From Lingula anatina (taxonomy: Eukaryota > Animalia > Brachiopoda), in the NCBI GenBank assembly GCA_051362555.1, contig CM120640.1, positions 62,350,788-62,414,787 of the forward strand: a stretch of 64,000 nt of DNA, read 5' to 3'. The notes under the pieces were generated by a model. The model was given only the letters and a program-made list of their open reading frames with translations. It searched no databases and was not told the DNA's origin. Position numbers and translations under genes: made by a program. Shown piece after piece: positions 62,701-64,000 of this stretch (its first letter is position 1; each line of letters begins with the position of its first letter).

Positions 62701-64000
62701 TGGGGAGGCAGATGGTGAACTGGTGGTCCCCTACATAACAAAATTTCATGAAAAATTGTTTTGAAATTTGGTGGTCCTGCAAATGTCAAACTTTGAAGAT
62801 TTTGTTGAGTACCATAAACCGACATTATTCGTAACTGGTGACTTATGACATTTTCACATATTTATTTTGGGAGGGGGTGGGGGCACGGGTGTTATATCTT
62901 GGCAATACAACTAGTATGTTTTGAGTGAAGGACAAAATAATATCTTTGCTTTAACATAAGAGAGTGAACTAACTAAAGCCCCTCCTCCCCCACACACATA
63001 CACATACACAGCATAGTTAATTAACCAATTAAGTCCTTATATTTCATATTTGTCAGGCCAGCCAACCAGGTGTTTTTTAATATTTTACCAAAAGCCATTG
63101 GAAGTTTCTTTCATAAAACTAAAATATGTACTTGTATTATACCTTTTATTTTATTTCTGGAAATTCACAAAAGTGTTCTCTCTCTCACCATTTGCCCTGA
63201 CACATTTAACCTGTTGAGATGTAGCTGATAACCTAGCATTCTTCTGCCTGTAAACAGGTATGTACTTAAAGAATTTAATGGCTTGATAATCACAGATAAT
63301 ATTAGGGGCCTACCCACTGTCTATGTTCTGAAAAAAACTCAACTGAAGTAACTGTTCTGGAGTTGGATCTTGCCTTTTGATTTGTTTTTGCTGTTTTTAT
63401 TTTGATCCATAAAACCTCTGTTTGGTTTTGTCATAAAAAAGTGTTGACAGTCCAGGAATAGGGCTAATTTCCACTTCTATTGGGTCAAGTTTATGTATAT
63501 GGTAAAGCCATAATATATACATTTGTATGTGCATTAGGGTATGGAAAAAAAATGAAAGAAAGAAAGAGAGTGAGTATTAAAGAATATGCTAAGCTGCTGT
63601 GATAAAACAATTGGGAAGAAAGAACTGATTGACTGATTTGAGATTATTAAATTTGGTATATTTTCAATACCAAATCTATAATATCTATCTATAAGAATCT
63701 CTACCTTGTGCCTTTCTTATTGCACCCAAGGTCATACCAGGACAAGCTCCATGCAAATGAACTTTGGAGTTGAAATCAGTCTAATATTTCAGCAAATATT
63801 TTTTCCTTTCATGTTATGTTTTTCAAACTTATTTCATGATTGCACTTTGGTTTCTGCCTCTCCTGCGTCTAAATTAACATTGAGGTTATCCAACCCCTAA
63901 TGTCCAATTGGAACTGCTGTGTCAAGAAATTTCTGCCAACTGGACCACTCATCTGCTGTCAGATATGGTTTGCTTTAGCACAGAGTTGATAGCCACTAAA

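Overview
AT-rich, intron-rich eukaryotic (invertebrate, probably lophotrochozoan-like) genomic DNA with no prokaryotic features. About 1-37.8 kb holds the 3' part (about 28 exons reconstructed by hand from GT-AG sites and phase) of a + strand Lbc-family RhoGEF (ARHGEF18/p114RhoGEF, ARHGEF28, AKAP13, Drosophila cysts group). It encodes C1, DH, PH, the 'PKRxETFGGF' region, a coiled coil and a C-terminal PDZ-binding-like tail (SVIYF). Its 5' end lies outside the window. A CpG-rich region (about 44.8-47.8 kb) precedes the first two coding exons (signal peptide plus prodomain) of an ADAMTS protease of the ADAMTS6/10/7/12 type, followed by an intron of more than 15 kb that runs off the window. Introns contain a MITE family (one intact copy with a 6-bp TSD), a 5'-truncated L1/Tx1-type insertion with poly(A) and a 16-bp TSD, old retroelement remnants and microsatellites. 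The most unusual observations are a 585-nt candidate alternative RhoGEF exon carrying a second copy of a conserved motif, phase-incompatible alternative exon paths, and uORFs before the ADAMTS start. I see no convincing evidence for a wholly new biological system. All exon models are unverified by transcript data.
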